From assembly GCF_006345805.1 (NCBI RefSeq), contig NC_043005.1:85746001-85810000 (forward strand): DNA of 64,000 bases. The letters run 5' to 3'. This stretch comes from Octopus sinensis (lineage: Eukaryota). The notes under the pieces were generated by a model, which saw nothing but the letters and a program-made list of their open reading frames with translations, was not told the origin of the DNA and did not search any database. Positions 62,390 to 64,000 of this stretch are shown here, piece after piece (position 1 is the first letter of the stretch; the number at the start of each line of letters is the position of its first letter). The translations under genes were made by a program, and so were the position numbers.

Positions 62390-64000
62390 CAGCAATGAAC
62401 CCTAATAAATTAGCTAACGTACGAAGATACATTCTCAAAGCCAAAACAATATCAGAAATAGAAATAGAACATTTAAAAGAAAAAATACACCACGAAAATG
62501 TAGATAGAAGCCACACAACAATACCCAATAATATAAACACTGAAACTGTAAAACACGAAGACAAACGCAACATTCCCAACAAACATACCTCCCAAGAATA
62601 AAAATAAACGCAATAACAACACCAATTATAAACAACATAAACCTAGCCGTCACTGAACTAGCCACTGAAAAAAAAAAAAGTGATATCACTGAACTAAATG
62701 ACTTGATATACGCAGCAGCCACTGCAGCCACAAAAGAAGCTGGATACTCACCCAAACCCGCCCAAACAGGAGTACCACCACCCAAACAAACCCTGTGGAT
62801 AAATAACATCCAAAACAAAATTAAAAAATTAGAAAAGACCTGTCGATTCTTAATGAAATCAGCAAACAAGCAACGCTACTAAGCAACAAAAAGAGAACAA
62901 AAATGCTCCGCAAATATAACATCACAGAAAAAGATTTGCCGGAGATAAAAGAAAAGCTGAAGCAAGATATCCTTGCCAAAGCTCAAAGGATCCGCCGGTA
63001 CGAGAAACGCCAACGCTTCTTTGAACAGAACAAACTCCGACCCCAAAAAGTTCTACCAAGAACTGGGCAAAAATAAAATAGAAGTCACTGCAGCACCAAC
63101 GGCAGAAGAATTGGAAGAAATCTGGAGAGAAATATGGTCGGCGAACGAACTGCCAAAAAAAAGGAGTATCAAAATAACAAACTCGGCATCTGAACAACTT
63201 TGGACCCCCATAACAACTGAAGAGGTCACCCAGGCACTGCAAAAACTAAGCAACTGGAAGGCACCTGGGCATGACAAGATCCCCAACTTCTGGTTGAAAT
63301 ATCTAACAGGAATGCACAAAAAGCTGGCTGAAAACTTTAACAGCATACTAGCAGAGCCAGAGACAATGCCTGAATGGCTCACGAAGGGGAAAACCATCTT
63401 AATTCCCAAATCAAATGAAACAACAAAACCAGAAAACTACAGACCAATAACCTGCCTCCCTACTATGTTCAAGGCATTTACTGCAGTGATATCGCAAAGG
63501 CTGAACAAACACCTGGACGAAAACAAACTGTTCCCAGAAGAGCAGAAAGGATGCCGCAAGGGCTCATATGGCTGTAAAGATCAACTAATGATTAATAAAG
63601 CCGTAATTGAAGACAGCCACAGAAAGAAGAAAGGCCTCAGTATGGCCTGGATTGACTATAAAAAGGCGTTTGATAGCATCCCCCACACATGGATCCTCGA
63701 AACACTAGTCATTAACAAAGTAGCACCAACAATCATAAAATTCATAGAGCACTCTATGAATAAATGGCAAACAGTCCTACACCTCCAAACAAAAGAGGGA
63801 CTCATGAAAACCAAAGACATCCCCATTAGAAGAGGAATATTCCAGGGAGACACGCTCTCTCCACTCCTTTTCTGCTTGGAACTGTTACCTCTATCTGATA
63901 TGCTAAATAGAACTGGATGCGGATATAAATGTTACGGCAAAACGATCAGCCACCTTTTATATATGGATGACCTAAAACTATACGCTGCAAATGACAAACA
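62390..64000 (+). mobile_element. R4/Dong-like non-LTR retrotransposon; runs off the right edge
   Basis: N-terminal NKLANVRRYILK...EIEIE and RIRRYEKRQRFFEQNKL; RT motifs WKAPGHDKIPNFWLK, YRPITCLPT, EQKGCRKGSYGCKDQL, WIDYKKAFDSIPH, RGIFQGDTLSPLLFC and HLLYMDDLKLY. Confidence 0.85.
62961..64000 (+). CDS. R4/Dong-like reverse transcriptase, open frame +3 to the window end (absent from the ORF track); homology starts ~63036 after a frameshift
   Basis: Manual translation found no stop from 62961 to 64000; includes the YMDD catalytic motif at ~63960-63971. Confidence 0.85.

Noticed and set aside
61967-62395. Poly-Y/T/N/S ORFs, also the poly-N/H/D ORF at 56483-56785
   Set aside because: They are compound trinucleotide microsatellites, not homopolymer proteins.
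62922-63853. Minus-strand ORFs 62922-63242, 63053-63409 and 63656-63853
   Set aside because: They are antisense shadows of the R4/Dong-like RT on the plus strand.

Overview
Eukaryotic, AT-rich, microsatellite-dense DNA. The repeat families resemble those of coleoid cephalopods, most likely an octopod; this is an inference from the SINE and repeat sequences, not a database result. I could not support any complete host protein-coding gene, rRNA or CRISPR array. Most entries in the ORF track are translations of (TA)n, (TATC)n, (CA)n or (AAT)n runs, or antisense frames of transposons. Retroelement relics in the window: L1/Tx1, CR1, RTE/BovB-like, R4/Dong-like and Penelope-like (PLE). DNA transposon relics: Tc1, pogo/Tigger, Chapaev3, non-autonomous Helitrons and fold-back MITEs. 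There are also at least four tRNA-derived SINE families. Three system-level observations stand out. (1) A Tx1-centred set: the 3' end of an apparently autonomous Tx1, an ORF1-only (HAL1-like) element bounded by an 18-bp direct repeat that a second related copy also abuts, and a tRNA-SINE subfamily, all ending in the same 3' tail. (2) Eight minimal hammerhead-ribozyme-like motifs of the PLE type, two of them inside a discrete ~205-bp element sitting in (TA)n. (3) An R4/Dong-like RT that the ORF track missed, next to a ~550-bp element embedded in (ATT)n. Several near-identical local duplications and inversions may be recent rearrangements or assembly artefacts. All alignments were done by eye, and boundaries marked ~ are approximate.
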